A stretch of DNA of 64,000 bases from contig JACMJU010000111.1 in NCBI GenBank assembly GCA_014380485.1, forward strand, positions 24,818-88,817, read 5' to 3'. The stretch is from Methyloceanibacter sp. Lineage in GTDB: Bacteria > Pseudomonadota > Alphaproteobacteria > Rhizobiales > Methyloligellaceae. The position numbers were made by a program, and so were the translations under genes. Each line of letters opens with the position of its first letter. Positions within the stretch are counted from its first letter, which is position 1. The notes below the pieces were generated by a model, which saw only the letters and a list, made by a program, of their open reading frames with translations, was not told the DNA's origin and ran no database searches. Positions 1-10,387 of the stretch are shown here, one piece after another.

Positions 1-573
1 CGCTTTGCGGGATCGGGAGCGGTAGGCGTCGGCGAGGCGCTCGTCGCGTGAAGCAACCAGCAATCCCTCCTCACTGAGGTTCTCAAGTTGGAGGAGCCGG
101 TCCTCGGCCTCGCCATGGGTCATGACCGCGCCAGATGCAAGAATATGCCTGACATCGGCTCCGGCCTCCACCAAAGCGCGACCGACCAGTAGGCATCGAT
201 GGCAGTGAAGAGGGTCGGCCTCGGAGCACATCACGGCCAAACGGTGCCGCGCGGCGGCTTCCACAAGCCGGTCCAGCCCGACCCGAAATTCCGGCGACGC
301 GGCCATCTTCTCGTAGTCAGCCACGCCCTCCGTATACAACTCCGGGCGTTGCGGGCGTCCGCCAAGCTCCTTGCCGAGAAAGATGTAAGCGATATTTCGC
401 GCAGGCAGCGCGGCCGCCAAATTGCTCTTGTTGAAGTGGGGCGAGAAGCGCGACCGCGGCGCGGAGCGGATATCGGCCACGGCTTCCACGCCCGCCTCGG
501 CAAGGAGCGCCGTGAAATGCTGCCAAGGGTGCCGCGAATGACCAATCGTCAGGATCGGGTGGGGCAGCGCCAT
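1..573 (-). CDS. DUF488 family protein (3' end runs off the window; not in ORF track)
   Basis: Manual translation from ATG at 573: MALPHPILTIGHS...VADIRSAPRSRF...YIFLGKELGGRP...VMCSEADPLHCHRCLLV; TIGHS, DIRS, LGGR and CxExxxxxCHR are DUF488 motifs; frame open to position 1. Confidence 0.85.
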   Translation of the reverse strand, partial: MALPHPILTIGHSRHPWQHFTALLAEAGVEAVADIRSAPRSRFSPHFNKSNLAAALPARNIAYIFLGKELGGRPQRPELYTEGVADYEKMAASPEFRVGLDRLVEAAARHRLAVMCSEADPLHCHRCLLVGRALVEAGADVRHILASGAVMTHGEAEDRLLQLENLSEEGLLVASRDERLADAYRSRSRKA

Positions 574-585
574 AACGGTGTCGGG

Positions 586-2535
586 CTAGGCGACCTTGGT
601 CCCGACCGTCTCACGCAAATCGGGCGGCACCGCCTCGTCGGCGAGCATGCGGACGGCTGCATCGAGCGTCATCACCCGCTGCTCCTGACCGCCGAGCCGC
701 CGCACCGACACCGTTCGCTCTTCCGTCTCACGCTTTCCCACCACGAGCAGCACCGGCACTTTGGCGAGCGAATGCTCGCGGACCTTGTAATTGATCTTCT
801 CGTTGCGGAGATCGGCCTCGGCGCGGAGCCCTGCCGCCTGAAGCGCGCCGAGCACCTCGCCGGCATAGGCATCCGCGTCCGACACGATGGTCGTCACGAT
901 GGCCTGGGTCGGAGCGAGCCAGAGCGGCAGGTGCCCGGCATAATGCTCGATGAGAATGCCGGTAAAGCGCTCGAGCGATCCGAACATGGCGCGATGGATC
1001 ATCACCGGCACCCGCTTATCCCCGTCGGGCCCGATATAGAAAGCGCCGAGCCGCGCGGGCAGATTGAGGTCGACCTGGATCGTGCCGCATTGCCAGTCGC
1101 GGCCGATCGTATCGCGCAACACATATTCGAGCTTGGGGCCGTAAAAGGCCCCCTCTCCCGGATTGAAGGCGTAGTCCAACCCTGCCGCCTCGACGGCCCG
1201 CTTCAGCGCCGCCTCGGCCTTGTCCCAGACTGCGTCGGCCCCGACCCGTTTCTCCGGCCGGTCGGAGAATTTGATGCGGACATCGGTGAAGCCGAAATCG
1301 CGGTAGATCGCGAGCATCTGCTCGTTAAGCTTCACGCACTCCTCGGTAATCTGGTCCTCGGTGCAGAAGATATGCGCATCGTCTTGCGTGAAATGGCGCA
1401 CGCGCAACAGCCCGTGCAGCGCCCCTGACGGCTCATAGCGGTGCACCTTGCCGAATTCGGCGATGCGCAAAGGCAGGTCGCGATAACTCTTGAGACCATG
1501 TTTGAAGATCTGCACATGGCCGGGGCAGTTCATGGGCTTGCAACAATAAATGCGCTCGTCCGGGGTCTCGGTGACGTACATGAGGTCGCCGAACTTCTCC
1601 CAATGGCCGGACTGCTCCCACAGCGTGCGCTCCATCATGTCGGGCGAATTGACCTCGACATAGTCCCACGCCTGCTGGCGGCGGCGCATATAGGCGATCA
1701 GCGCGGTGAACAGCGCCCAGCCCTTGGGATGCCAGAACACCGCGCCCGGCGCCTCTTCCTGGAAATGGAACAGATCCATCTCGCGGCCCAAGCGGCGATG
1801 ATCGCGTTTCTCGGCCTCTTCGAGCTGGTGGAGATAGGCCTTGAGATCCTCCTCGCTCGCCCACGCCGTGCCGTAGATGCGCTGGAGCATGGGCTTGGTG
1901 GAATCCCCGCGCCAATAGGCGCCGGCGATCTTGAGCAGCTTGAAGCCCTTCCCGACTTTCCCCGTCGAGTTCATATGCGGCCCGCGGCAGAGATCGAGCC
2001 ATTCGGCTTGCGAGTAGATTTTGATTTCCTCGCCCTCGGGAATGGCGTCGATCAGCTCGAGCTTGAAGGTCTCGCCCTTGTCGCGGAACAGCTTCTTCGC
2101 CGCCTTGCGGTCCATCACCTCGCAGGCAAAGGGTGCATTGCGAGCGATGATCTCGTGCATCTTGGATTCGATCTTGGGCAGATCGTCGGGCGTGAAGGGC
2201 TGATCGCGCGCGAAGTCGTAATAGAAGCCGTTCTCGATGACCGGCCCGATGGTGACTTGCGTCCCCGGGTAAAGCGCCTGCACGGCCTCGGCCATCACAT
2301 GCGCCGCGTCGTGGCGGATGAGTTCGAGCGCTTCGGGATCCTCGCGGGTGAGAATGCGGATGCGCGCGTCCGCCTTGATCGGCTCGGCGAGGTCGCGCGT
2401 CTTGCCGTCGAGCTGAACCGCCACCGCCTTCTTGCCGAGCGACTTTGAGATCTGTTCGGCAATTTCGCGTCCCGTGACCCCGGCATTGAAACCGCGGGCC
2501 GAACCATCGGGAAATGTCAGGGAGATTTGCGCCAT
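586..2535 (-). CDS. thrS: Threonine--tRNA ligase
   Basis: 649 aa; TGS N-terminus, DLCRGPH editing motif, KPMNCP, class II motifs (HRYEPSG, GSLERF), anticodon domain. Confidence 0.99.
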   Translation of the reverse strand: MAQISLTFPDGSARGFNAGVTGREIAEQISKSLGKKAVAVQLDGKTRDLAEPIKADARIRILTREDPEALELIRHDAAHVMAEAVQALYPGTQVTIGPVIENGFYYDFARDQPFTPDDLPKIESKMHEIIARNAPFACEVMDRKAAKKLFRDKGETFKLELIDAIPEGEEIKIYSQAEWLDLCRGPHMNSTGKVGKGFKLLKIAGAYWRGDSTKPMLQRIYGTAWASEEDLKAYLHQLEEAEKRDHRRLGREMDLFHFQEEAPGAVFWHPKGWALFTALIAYMRRRQQAWDYVEVNSPDMMERTLWEQSGHWEKFGDLMYVTETPDERIYCCKPMNCPGHVQIFKHGLKSYRDLPLRIAEFGKVHRYEPSGALHGLLRVRHFTQDDAHIFCTEDQITEECVKLNEQMLAIYRDFGFTDVRIKFSDRPEKRVGADAVWDKAEAALKRAVEAAGLDYAFNPGEGAFYGPKLEYVLRDTIGRDWQCGTIQVDLNLPARLGAFYIGPDGDKRVPVMIHRAMFGSLERFTGILIEHYAGHLPLWLAPTQAIVTTIVSDADAYAGEVLGALQAAGLRAEADLRNEKINYKVREHSLAKVPVLLVVGKRETEERTVSVRRLGGQEQRVMTLDAAVRMLADEAVPPDLRETVGTKVA

Positions 2536-2545
2536 AGGCTTGCTC

Positions 2546-2577
2546 CTCTCACTCCTGCGTACAGGTGCAGGTAAGAG
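2546..2577 (-). promoter_or_regulatory. Putative thrS translational operator hairpin with a Thr anticodon (UGU) in the loop
   Basis: Minus strand CUCUUAC-CUGC-[ACCUGUAC]-GCAG-GA-GUGAGAG, overlapping the GAGGAG SD just upstream of the thrS ATG. Confidence 0.55.
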
Positions 2578-2601
2578 ATCGTTCGGTTGTGCACCGTGCT
2601 T

Positions 2602-2952
2602 TTACCGGGAATCGGGCGCCTCGTCACGGGAGTAAATCCGCCATCGTCCGTAGCGCCAGGGCGCGAAGGGGTGACGGGCGTCGCGCAAATCGGGCACCGG
2701 ATCGAGGCCATGGCTGCCCCACGGATGGCAACGGCAAAGCCTGGCGAGCGTGAGCCAGGTGCCTTTCCAAGCGCCGTTCTTCTCGATTGCCTCGCGCGCA
2801 TAGTCCGAGCAGGAGGGCAGATGCCGGCAGTTGACGCCGAGCAGCGGCGCGATGGCGAAACGGTACAGCGCAATCGGGGCCAGCAGTAGAGCCTTGGCGA
2901 TCCGCCCACCGATTGGCATGCCCTCCCCGTTCTGGCGAATAACCTTAGACAT
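2602..2952 (-). CDS. yidD: Membrane protein insertion efficiency factor
   Basis: [15 protein letters not shown]...RLCRCHPWG motifs; start uncertain (2952 or 2919). Confidence 0.93.
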   Translation of the reverse strand: MSKVIRQNGEGMPIGGRIAKALLLAPIALYRFAIAPLLGVNCRHLPSCSDYAREAIEKNGAWKGTWLTLARLCRCHPWGSHGLDPVPDLRDARHPFAPWRYGRWRIYSRDEAPDSR

Positions 2953-3421
2953 GTTCCGCCGGCCGGGAAGCCTGCGTCGCGGCGGCACGGCTCGCCTCGA
3001 TTTTGGCGATCGCCTCCTCGACCGCGTCGAACACGAGAAGGGTCGAGGCATGGCGGGCCTTGTAGTCGCGCACCGGCTCCAACACGGCGAGATCGCTCCA
3101 CCGGCCTTCGGGGGGAGGCCCTCCCGCTTTCAGCATCTTGCGCATGGCGGCGCCGACTTGACGCAACTCTTCCGCGCTCGAGCCTATGATTTCCCGTCCC
3201 ATCACCGAAGCCGAGGATTGACCCAACAGGCAGGCCTTCACGCTCTGGCCATAATCGCTGACGGTGTCGCCGGCCATGGTCAGATCGACCGTCACCCTGC
3301 TGCCGCAGAGCTTGGAATGGGCCATCGCCGTGGCCTCGGGCGCGGTGAGCCTTGCCGTCCGCGGCAACGCGGCGGCAAGTTCGAGGATGCGCTGGCTATA
3401 AATGTCTTCCGGCAGTGTCAT
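2945..3421 (-). CDS. IscU/NifU-like Fe-S cluster scaffold protein
   Basis: [16 protein letters not shown] and RHASTLL motifs of the alphaproteobacterial NifU_N-like family. Confidence 0.88.
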   Translation of the reverse strand: MTLPEDIYSQRILELAAALPRTARLTAPEATAMAHSKLCGSRVTVDLTMAGDTVSDYGQSVKACLLGQSSASVMGREIIGSSAEELRQVGAAMRKMLKAGGPPPEGRWSDLAVLEPVRDYKARHASTLLVFDAVEEAIAKIEASRAAATQASRPAEHV

Positions 3422-3609
3422 GCGCTTAGGTTCGTCCAGGCCCGCCTTGCGGGCGGTATTTCCGCATTATATATGCAGCCGGGCTTAAGCATGTGAGGGG
3501 CCTTACGGCGCGACCAAGGTTGACGATCGGGGTATACTGACCCCAATTGAAAGAGGTTGAACGCACCAAGGGGCGTTTGGCGTTAAGACAAGGAAAGTTT
3601 CGAGATCGC

Positions 3610-4254
3610 ATGGAAGCCACCGTTAAGAAACTGCGGACGAGGCCGCAAGCCGAAATCGGCCGCGAGCCCGGCATTGTACGGCCCTCGCGCGAGGAAGCCG
3701 AGGAGGCGGTGCGCACGCTGATCGCCTATGCCGGCGACGATCCCGGCCGCGAGGGCTTGCGCGAAACGCCGCGCCGCGTCACCTCGGCCTATGACGAGTT
3801 CTTTTCCGGCTATCGCGAGGACCCGCTCGAAGTGCTGTCGCGCACCTTCGACGAGGTGGCGGGCTATGACGACATCGTCATGCTCCGCGACATCGAGCTT
3901 CACTCACATTGCGAGCACCACATGATCCCCTTCGTCGGCAAGGCCCATGTCGCCTATTTCCCGACCGACCGCGTGGTGGGGATCTCCAAGCTTGCCCGCG
4001 TGGTCGAGGTGTTCGCGCGCCGCTTGCAGACGCAGGAGACCATGACCGCCCAGATCGCCGAGACCATCGACAAGGCGCTGAAGCCGAAAGGCGTGGCGGT
4101 GATGATCGAGGCCGTGCATCAATGCATGTCGATCCGCGGCGTGAAGAAACCCAACGTCGCCACCATCACCACGCAGTTCACCGGCATCTTCAAGGAAGAC
4201 CCGGCGCAGCAGGCGCGCTTCATGCTGCTTGCGACCGAACGCGGCCGCGGCTGA
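3610..4254 (+). CDS. folE: GTP cyclohydrolase I
   Basis: [39 protein letters not shown]. Confidence 0.97.
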   Translation: MEATVKKLRTRPQAEIGREPGIVRPSREEAEEAVRTLIAYAGDDPGREGLRETPRRVTSAYDEFFSGYREDPLEVLSRTFDEVAGYDDIVMLRDIELHSHCEHHMIPFVGKAHVAYFPTDRVVGISKLARVVEVFARRLQTQETMTAQIAETIDKALKPKGVAVMIEAVHQCMSIRGVKKPNVATITTQFTGIFKEDPAQQARFMLLATERGRG

Positions 4255-4279
4255 CGCGCGCCTGCCGAGGAATATCACC

Positions 4280-4708
4280 GTGAGCAAGGACGCCTTCCCC
4301 GCTCCTGAGAGCAAGACCGCGCGTGAAGAAGGCACCGTCTTCGCGCCGCGTTTCGGCGAAGACGGCCTTATCCCGGTGGTCGCCACCTCGGCCAAGACCG
4401 GCGAGGTGCTGATGCTCGCCTACATGAATGAAGAGGCGCTTGCTCGCACCATCGCGACCGGGGAGGCGCATTACTGGTCGCGCTCGCGGGCGCGGCTTTG
4501 GCGCAAAGGCGAGGAAAGCGGCAACACGCAGCGCGTCGTGGAGATGCGCACCGACTGCGACCAGGACGCTCTCTGGCTGCTGGTCGAGACCGGGGGTGCC
4601 GAGGCCGCCTGTCACACCGGACGCAAATCCTGTTTCTATCGCGCCGTCCCTCTGGACTCTGACCCCGGCGGCGCTCTGTCGCTGCGCTTCGTCGACGCCG
4701 AGCGGTAA
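4280..4708 (+). CDS. hisI: Phosphoribosyl-AMP cyclohydrolase
   Basis: [30 protein letters not shown]; GTG start at 4280. Confidence 0.96.
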   Translation: MSKDAFPAPESKTAREEGTVFAPRFGEDGLIPVVATSAKTGEVLMLAYMNEEALARTIATGEAHYWSRSRARLWRKGEESGNTQRVVEMRTDCDQDALWLLVETGGAEAACHTGRKSCFYRAVPLDSDPGGALSLRFVDAER

Positions 4709-4840
4709 TTCGACCCCGCGACGGCCTACCGTCATGCTGGTGCCGCAAAGGGAACCTTAAAGAGTTCGGGGTAACCTTCGGGGCTCGCTCGCATCCGATC
4801 ATGCTGATGAGCGCAGGCCCCTGCGGCATGGATTTGACCC

Positions 4841-5770
4841 ATGGTGAGTACGGGACGACCGACGATTGGCCTAGCTCTGGGCGGCGGGGCGGCCCGCGGC
4901 TGGGCCCATATCGGCGTGCTGAAAAGCCTGGTCGCCGCCGGACTTTTGCCCGACATCGTCGCCGGCACCTCCATGGGGGCAGTGGCCGGCGCCTGTTACG
5001 TCACCGGGAGGCTTGCGGCGCTTGAGGAGTTCGCCACCGGCCTCACGCGCCGTCGCCTGTTTGGCTTTCTCGACTTCAATTTCGCCGGCTCGGGCCTCAT
5101 CTCCGGGCAACGCCTGAGCGCGCGGCTCGACCGCCATTTGCGGCAATTTGAGATCGAACGATTGGAGCGGAAATTCGTGGCGGTCGCCACCGAGCTCGGC
5201 ACCGGACACGAGGTATGGCTCAATAAGGGCAGCCTGGTGAATGCGCTGAAGGCGTCGTTCGCTCTCCCCGGCATCTTTCGCCCGGTTCAGATCAACGGCC
5301 GCTGGTTGATCGACGGCGCCCTGGTCAATCCGATCCCGGTTTCCGTCTGCCGCGCGCTTGGCGCCCGCATCGTCATTGCCGTTAATCTGAGCAGTGACCC
5401 CTTCGGCAGAGGCGCCGTCATCCACGATCAAGAAGCCTTGGCCGAACCCACCGCGACGGTCGAGGATGCCGAGCTTCTCGGCACCAACGGCCGCGCCGCG
5501 GTGCATTTGCTGCACCGGCAGATTTTCGGCAGGAGCAACGGCGCGCCCGGCATGTCGGCGGTGATGATGGACGCCATCAATATCACCCAGGATCGCATCG
5601 CCCGGTCGCGGCTCGCCGGCGACCCGCCCGATATCACCATCACGCCGAAGACCGGTGGCATCGGTCTGTTCGAGTTCCACCGCGCTTACGAAGCGATCGA
5701 ACTCGGCGTCAAGGCTGCCGAGAAGCAGATCGACGAGATCAAGATCGCCGTGCGGGCCCTCGCCGCCTGA
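4841..5770 (+). CDS. Patatin-like phospholipase (RssA-like)
   Basis: GGGAARG, GTSMG nucleophile elbow, DGA motif. Confidence 0.93.
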   Translation: MVSTGRPTIGLALGGGAARGWAHIGVLKSLVAAGLLPDIVAGTSMGAVAGACYVTGRLAALEEFATGLTRRRLFGFLDFNFAGSGLISGQRLSARLDRHLRQFEIERLERKFVAVATELGTGHEVWLNKGSLVNALKASFALPGIFRPVQINGRWLIDGALVNPIPVSVCRALGARIVIAVNLSSDPFGRGAVIHDQEALAEPTATVEDAELLGTNGRAAVHLLHRQIFGRSNGAPGMSAVMMDAINITQDRIARSRLAGDPPDITITPKTGGIGLFEFHRAYEAIELGVKAAEKQIDEIKIAVRALAA

Positions 5771-5774
5771 GCCG

Positions 5775-6206
5775 TTAGCCGGTGGCGATGTATTCGCGCA
5801 TCGCGGCAGCTTCCATTTCCGCTTCGGCAATACGCATCTTCACCACGTCGCCGATCGAAACGAGCCCGATCAGCCGGCCGCGCTCGACTACGGGCATGTG
5901 CCGGAACCGATGCGCCGTCATCTCCGCCATCAGCCAGTCGATGGTGTCGGCCTCGCGGCAAGTCACCACCGCCTTGCTCATGCACTGCTCGACCGGCTCC
6001 TTGAGCACCTTCGATCCCGCCCGCGAGATTTCGCGCACGATATCGCGCTCGGAGACGATACCAATGACCTTGCCGTCTGAGCCGGTAATGACAATGCAGC
6101 CGATGCCGTGCATGCCGAGCAGCTTGGCAATTTCAAGCAGCGACGTATCGGGCGTCGTGGCGAACACGCCCCGCCCCTTCTGTTTCAGGATTGCAGCGAC
6201 ATTCAT
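5775..6206 (-). CDS. CBS domain protein
   Basis: MNVAAILKQKG...GIVSERDIV...RFRHMPV...SIGDVVK. Confidence 0.93.
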   Translation of the reverse strand: MNVAAILKQKGRGVFATTPDTSLLEIAKLLGMHGIGCIVITGSDGKVIGIVSERDIVREISRAGSKVLKEPVEQCMSKAVVTCREADTIDWLMAEMTAHRFRHMPVVERGRLIGLVSIGDVVKMRIAEAEMEAAAMREYIATG

Positions 6207-6306
6207 GCGCGTTTCCTCCAGCCCGGGAGCTTTCCTCCCGTTGACTGCGACATTCTGTCCCGGACCCGGAGGCCGCGCAAGAGGAGGGGAGAAAGGGAGA
6301 GAAGAC

Positions 6307-7035
6307 TCAGTCACCAAAAGCCGGGGCAGCCCCCTCTTCGCAAGGCTTGCCTTTGTCGAAGGCGCCAAAAATGAGCAAACCGCAGAGAAAACCGCCGATA
6401 TGGGCTTCCCAGGCGATCCCGCCCGCCTCGCCCCCGATCCTGACGGCGCCGAGGCCAAAAGCGGCGTTAAGCGCGATCCAAATAACGAGGATCGCGAGAA
6501 AACGCTTGTCGCTCAGGGCCTGGCCAAGGCTCATGCGCGGTGCGCCGAGAAAATCCGGCATCCGCTGTCCTGGCAGAGGCTGCGCCCTGAGGATGAATCT
6601 CAGAGCGCCGGCCATCTGGCCCGAGATTGCGGCCGAGGCGCCGACGACCGGTGCCATTTCGCCCAGATGGAACAGAAGATGCGTGAACGCGCCGGCGATC
6701 CCGCACAACACCGAAAAATAGAGAAATCCGAGATCGCCCATGCGACGGGCCACGGCGCTGCCGAAGGCAAGCATCCAAAGCAGATTCACCACGAGGTGCA
6801 CCCATCCGGCATGCACAATCATGTAGGTCACGAATGACGTGACCGCGGTGAGATATCCCCCGGGAAGCTCGAGCGCGGCGCCGCTATAGCGCGCCGGAAT
6901 GAAGGCAAGGGCAAGCAGAAGGGTGATATCCGTTTCGTCGGGCAAAAACCCCCTGACGACTTGGACGCCGGTCAGGAGCCCCGCGACGCCTGCCACGCTG
7001 CGGGGGACATTGAGGACGGGCTCAGAGGGGGTCAT
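6307..7035 (-). CDS. Rhomboid family intramembrane serine protease
   Basis: HAGWVHLVVN, GASAA catalytic Ser motif, AHIGG His motif, several TM segments. Confidence 0.95.
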   Translation of the reverse strand: MTPSEPVLNVPRSVAGVAGLLTGVQVVRGFLPDETDITLLLALAFIPARYSGAALELPGGYLTAVTSFVTYMIVHAGWVHLVVNLLWMLAFGSAVARRMGDLGFLYFSVLCGIAGAFTHLLFHLGEMAPVVGASAAISGQMAGALRFILRAQPLPGQRMPDFLGAPRMSLGQALSDKRFLAILVIWIALNAAFGLGAVRIGGEAGGIAWEAHIGGFLCGLLIFGAFDKGKPCEEGAAPAFGD

Positions 7036-7324
7036 GGTCGAAACCGGAGAGGAACTGCGAAGGAGTCGAGTCGGAGTAACCCTAACGGCCGATCATGAAG
7101 CTTGCCAGCTTCCGCTTCCGCGGCGTCGAGCGGAGCCGCGACCCAAGAACGGCGAATATCGTTCGCTTCGCGAGATTCCCAAAATATTAACCAACGCCGG
7201 AACGTTCAGGTTCGGTTAGGTCTCGCTAAAAAAATCCTACCAATACTCCTTCAAACTGATCTCCGCTCTTATCCGGATCTCAAAGTCTCCCTGCGATACT
7301 GCACTCAACAATACGGGGGGTGCA

Positions 7325-7978
7325 ATGAAACAGTTTATCGTAGGCTCTGCCTTCTTGATGTTCATATCGTCCATGCCGGCGGACGCCACCAACGATCATG
7401 CGATCAGCCTGGTGCCGGCGCCGCGGGTGCAGAAGATCGTGTTCATGTCGTCGTTTGGCGATACCTTGCCGCCGATCGGCTATGTGGCGTTCTGCCGGGA
7501 CCATCAGCCCGAGTGCCGTCCGGGGCGCCGTTTCGCCGACCGGATCCAGCTCACGGCGACGAAATTACAAGAGATCGAAGAGGTGAACAGCGCCGTGAAC
7601 ACCGCCGTCGCACCGACCACCGATCTCGAACTCTATGGCAAGCCCGAGATGTGGGCCTATCCCAGCAACGCCAAGGGCGATTGCGAAGATTATGTGCTGC
7701 TCAAGCGCCGCACGCTCATCGAGCGCGACTTTCCCGGGAGCGCCCTCCTGATCACCGTCGTTCGCGACGAGAACAACGAGGGCCACGCCGTGCTGACGGT
7801 CCGCACCGACCGTGGCGACCTCATTCTCGATAACAAGCGCAGCGAGGTGATGCGTTGGGCCGAAACGCCCTACACCTTCGTCAAGCGGCAGTCCGAGAAA
7901 AATCCGCTGGTGTGGATTTCGCTCCTGCCTCCCAACACCGCTCCGCAGACCGCGATGTCAGCCTCCAACAGCCACTAG
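7325..7978 (+). CDS. Transglutaminase-like cysteine peptidase (BTLCP/LapG-like)
   Basis: Signal peptide; GDCEDY, GHAVL, LDN catalytic triad motifs. Confidence 0.93.
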   Translation: MKQFIVGSAFLMFISSMPADATNDHAISLVPAPRVQKIVFMSSFGDTLPPIGYVAFCRDHQPECRPGRRFADRIQLTATKLQEIEEVNSAVNTAVAPTTDLELYGKPEMWAYPSNAKGDCEDYVLLKRRTLIERDFPGSALLITVVRDENNEGHAVLTVRTDRGDLILDNKRSEVMRWAETPYTFVKRQSEKNPLVWISLLPPNTAPQTAMSASNSH

Positions 7979-8067
7979 CAGGAGCGACCCGGATCCCCAA
8001 ACCGGGGACGATTTTTTAGGCCCGGTGACCATCCCCCACCCATCCCCGACTCAACGGGCCTATACTC

Positions 8068-8102
8068 GAGCCGGCCTCGCCAAGAGGCCGGCTCCTTTTT
8101 TT
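8068..8102 (+). terminator. Intrinsic terminator
   Basis: gagccggcctc-gccaa-gaggccggctc perfect 11-bp stem followed by C and a T7 tract. Confidence 0.85.
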
Positions 8103-8122
8103 GAGCTGGCGCGCCCTGCGAG

Positions 8123-8335
8123 CTAGTCTGCGAGATCGAAGTCGAGGATCGCCATCTGGAACTGGTAGGCGGTCTCGCCTTCGTCGTCGTCGCGGAACAG
8201 GATGCCGATGAACTCCTCGCCGATAAAGACCTCGGCGGAGTCCTCCTTCCTAGGGCGTTGGCGTACCTGGAGTTCAGGCAGCCGGAACACCTTCTTGAGG
8301 TAGCGTTCGAGCTTGAGGATCTCTTCCCGGGTCAA
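8123..8335 (-). CDS. DUF3126 family protein
   Basis: EILKLERYLKKVF...DSAEVFIGEEFIG...YQFQMAILDFDL. Confidence 0.85.
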   Translation of the reverse strand: MTREEILKLERYLKKVFRLPELQVRQRPRKEDSAEVFIGEEFIGILFRDDDEGETAYQFQMAILDFDLAD

Positions 8336-8386
8336 GCCAATTCCCCCCAAGCCCGCAACGTCGAGCTTTTCCTGAGCCGCCAGCGC

Positions 8387-9223
8387 TTAGTCGTGGCTGG
8401 TTTCGCCATCGCCGACGAACATCTGATCCATGGCGAGCGCGGGCTCTTCGCAACCGGCAAAGCCGATCTCGCGCGCCGGCACCCCTGCCACGGTCCGTCT
8501 CGGGGCGACATCGTTCAGCACGACGCTCCCCGCCGCAACCCTGGCGCAGTCGCCAACCTTGATATTTCCAAGGATCTTGGCGCCGGCGCCGACCATGACG
8601 CCACGTCCGATCTTGGGATGGCGGTCGCCTCTCTCGTTGCCGGTGCCGCCGAGGGTCACGCCGTGAAGCATGGAGCAATTGTCGCCGATCACCGCGGTCT
8701 CGCCGATGACGATCCCGGTGGCGTGGTCGAACATGATGCCTCTGCCGATCTCGGCGGCCGGATGGATATCGACCTGGAGGAAGCGCGATGTGAGGCTCTG
8801 GAGATAGAGAGCGAAGTCCTTGCGCCCTGCCTTCCACAGCGCGTGGGCGATGCGATAGGTCTCAAGGGCGTGGAAGCCTTTGAAATAGAGCAAGGGCTCG
8901 ATCAGACGGCTGCAAGCCGGATCGCGCTTGGCCACCGCCATCAGGTCGGCGCGGAATGCATCGCCGAGCGAAGGGTTGGCCGTGAGCACCTCGCCGAACA
9001 ATTTATGCAGCAGGCCGGTATCGAGAGTGGAGTGCTGGAGCCGGCGCGCGAGACGATGGCAGACGGCGTCCTCGAGCCGGGCGTGGTCCAGCACCGTCGC
9101 ATAGATGAAACCACCGAGTGCGGGCTCGGCCGCGCTGATCTCGTCGGCCTCGCGCCGCACCTGGCTCCAAATCGGATCGTGGCTCTTGATGTGCCGCTCC
9201 GCGGCGGTGAAGGATTTTTGCAT
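8387..9223 (-). CDS. cysE: Serine O-acetyltransferase
   Basis: RDPAC, YFKGFHAL, DIHPAA, DHATG, LGGTG...DRHPKI hexapeptide repeats. Confidence 0.97.
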   Translation of the reverse strand: MQKSFTAAERHIKSHDPIWSQVRREADEISAAEPALGGFIYATVLDHARLEDAVCHRLARRLQHSTLDTGLLHKLFGEVLTANPSLGDAFRADLMAVAKRDPACSRLIEPLLYFKGFHALETYRIAHALWKAGRKDFALYLQSLTSRFLQVDIHPAAEIGRGIMFDHATGIVIGETAVIGDNCSMLHGVTLGGTGNERGDRHPKIGRGVMVGAGAKILGNIKVGDCARVAAGSVVLNDVAPRRTVAGVPAREIGFAGCEEPALAMDQMFVGDGETSHD

Positions 9224-9286
9224 AGGAACCTCAAACCGCCCTTCAAGCAAAAGAAGGGGCTGACCGAACATGGGACTAGCACTCAA

Positions 9287-10039
9287 CTAAGCCCGCCTGG
9301 TTAAAAAGTCGAGCACGCCTTGCTTGAAGCGGGCGTCGCCAACCGCCTTCATATGATCTCGCCCTTCGATATCAAGGAGTTGGGCGCCGGGAATCAAGCT
9401 TGTCAACGCCCTGCCCGAGCCGGCAATCACGTCCTCGCTGCCGGTGGCGATGAGGGTCGGCACGGCGATGCGGGCCAGATCTTCGGCGCCGATCTTCTCG
9501 CGCGGGCCGCGCAGGCACGCGGCGAGCGCCTTCAAATCGCTCCCGGTCTGCTCGGCGAAGGCTCTGAAGCTACGAGCCGTGTCGTTGCTGACATCCGCGA
9601 TGCGGGGCGCTTCGAGCGCGCGGGCGATCGGGCCGGTTCCCACCATGCCGCGCACCAGATTGATGCCGGCTCCCGCCAGGATCAGGCTGCGCACGCGCTC
9701 TGGATGGGCAAGGACCAGAAAGGTAGCGATGCGCGCCCCCATCGAATAACCCATGACATCGGCGCGGCCGATACCGAGATGGTCGAGCAGGCGACGCGCG
9801 TCCTCGGCCATGATGGGCGCGCCGTAACGGCTCGGGTCGTAAAGCTTCTCGCTTCGCCCATGCCCGCGATTGTCGTAGGCGATGGTCCGATGCGACGCCT
9901 TCGTTAGCGTGCGCAGCCAATGGGTGTCGCGCCAATTTGTCGCGACATTGGAGGCAAAGCCGTGGATGAGGAGGATCGGGTCCCCTTCGCCCTCATCCGT
10001 ATACGCGATGCTCACGCCGTCGGACTCGAAGCTCTGCAT
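9287..10039 (-). CDS. Alpha/beta hydrolase
   Basis: HGFAS, DNRGHG, GYSMG, RDHM. Confidence 0.92.
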   Translation of the reverse strand: MQSFESDGVSIAYTDEGEGDPILLIHGFASNVATNWRDTHWLRTLTKASHRTIAYDNRGHGRSEKLYDPSRYGAPIMAEDARRLLDHLGIGRADVMGYSMGARIATFLVLAHPERVRSLILAGAGINLVRGMVGTGPIARALEAPRIADVSNDTARSFRAFAEQTGSDLKALAACLRGPREKIGAEDLARIAVPTLIATGSEDVIAGSGRALTSLIPGAQLLDIEGRDHMKAVGDARFKQGVLDFLTRRA

Positions 10040-10111
10040 TCTTGATCTACCGCTTTGCCTTCGGGGTCACTATGCTCGCCGCCACTTGCGACCGCGACAA
10101 GAACAGGACCT

Positions 10112-10375
10112 ATGGCTCAATCCCTCGTGCCTCATTTCGTGAATGACAAGGGCGTCGATCGTATCAGGATCGGCGTCAAGGAGTTCCAATGCATGGGGGC
10201 GGCGCCGCCCTTCGATCATCCGCATGTCTATCTCGATATGGGCGACGAGGCAGAGATCGTCTGCCCCTATTGCTCGACCTTGTTCGTGCATGACCGCGCG
10301 CTCAAGGCAGCCGAGAGCGACCCGCCCTCCTGCATCTTTGCGGTAACCGCCCCGCCTGGGGCGCCGGCAGCCTAG
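10112..10375 (+). CDS. zf-CHCC zinc-finger protein
   Basis: C...DHPHVYLDM...CPYC motif. Confidence 0.88.
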   Translation: MAQSLVPHFVNDKGVDRIRIGVKEFQCMGAAPPFDHPHVYLDMGDEAEIVCPYCSTLFVHDRALKAAESDPPSCIFAVTAPPGAPAA

Positions 10376-10387
10376 GCCGCCTCGCTC

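Noticed and set aside
199-2448. Long plus-strand ORFs (409 aa, 335 aa), and similar ones such as 13945-15177, 41318-42586 and 53997-55826
   Set aside because: Antisense shadows of well-supported genes in high-GC DNA; no recognisable motifs
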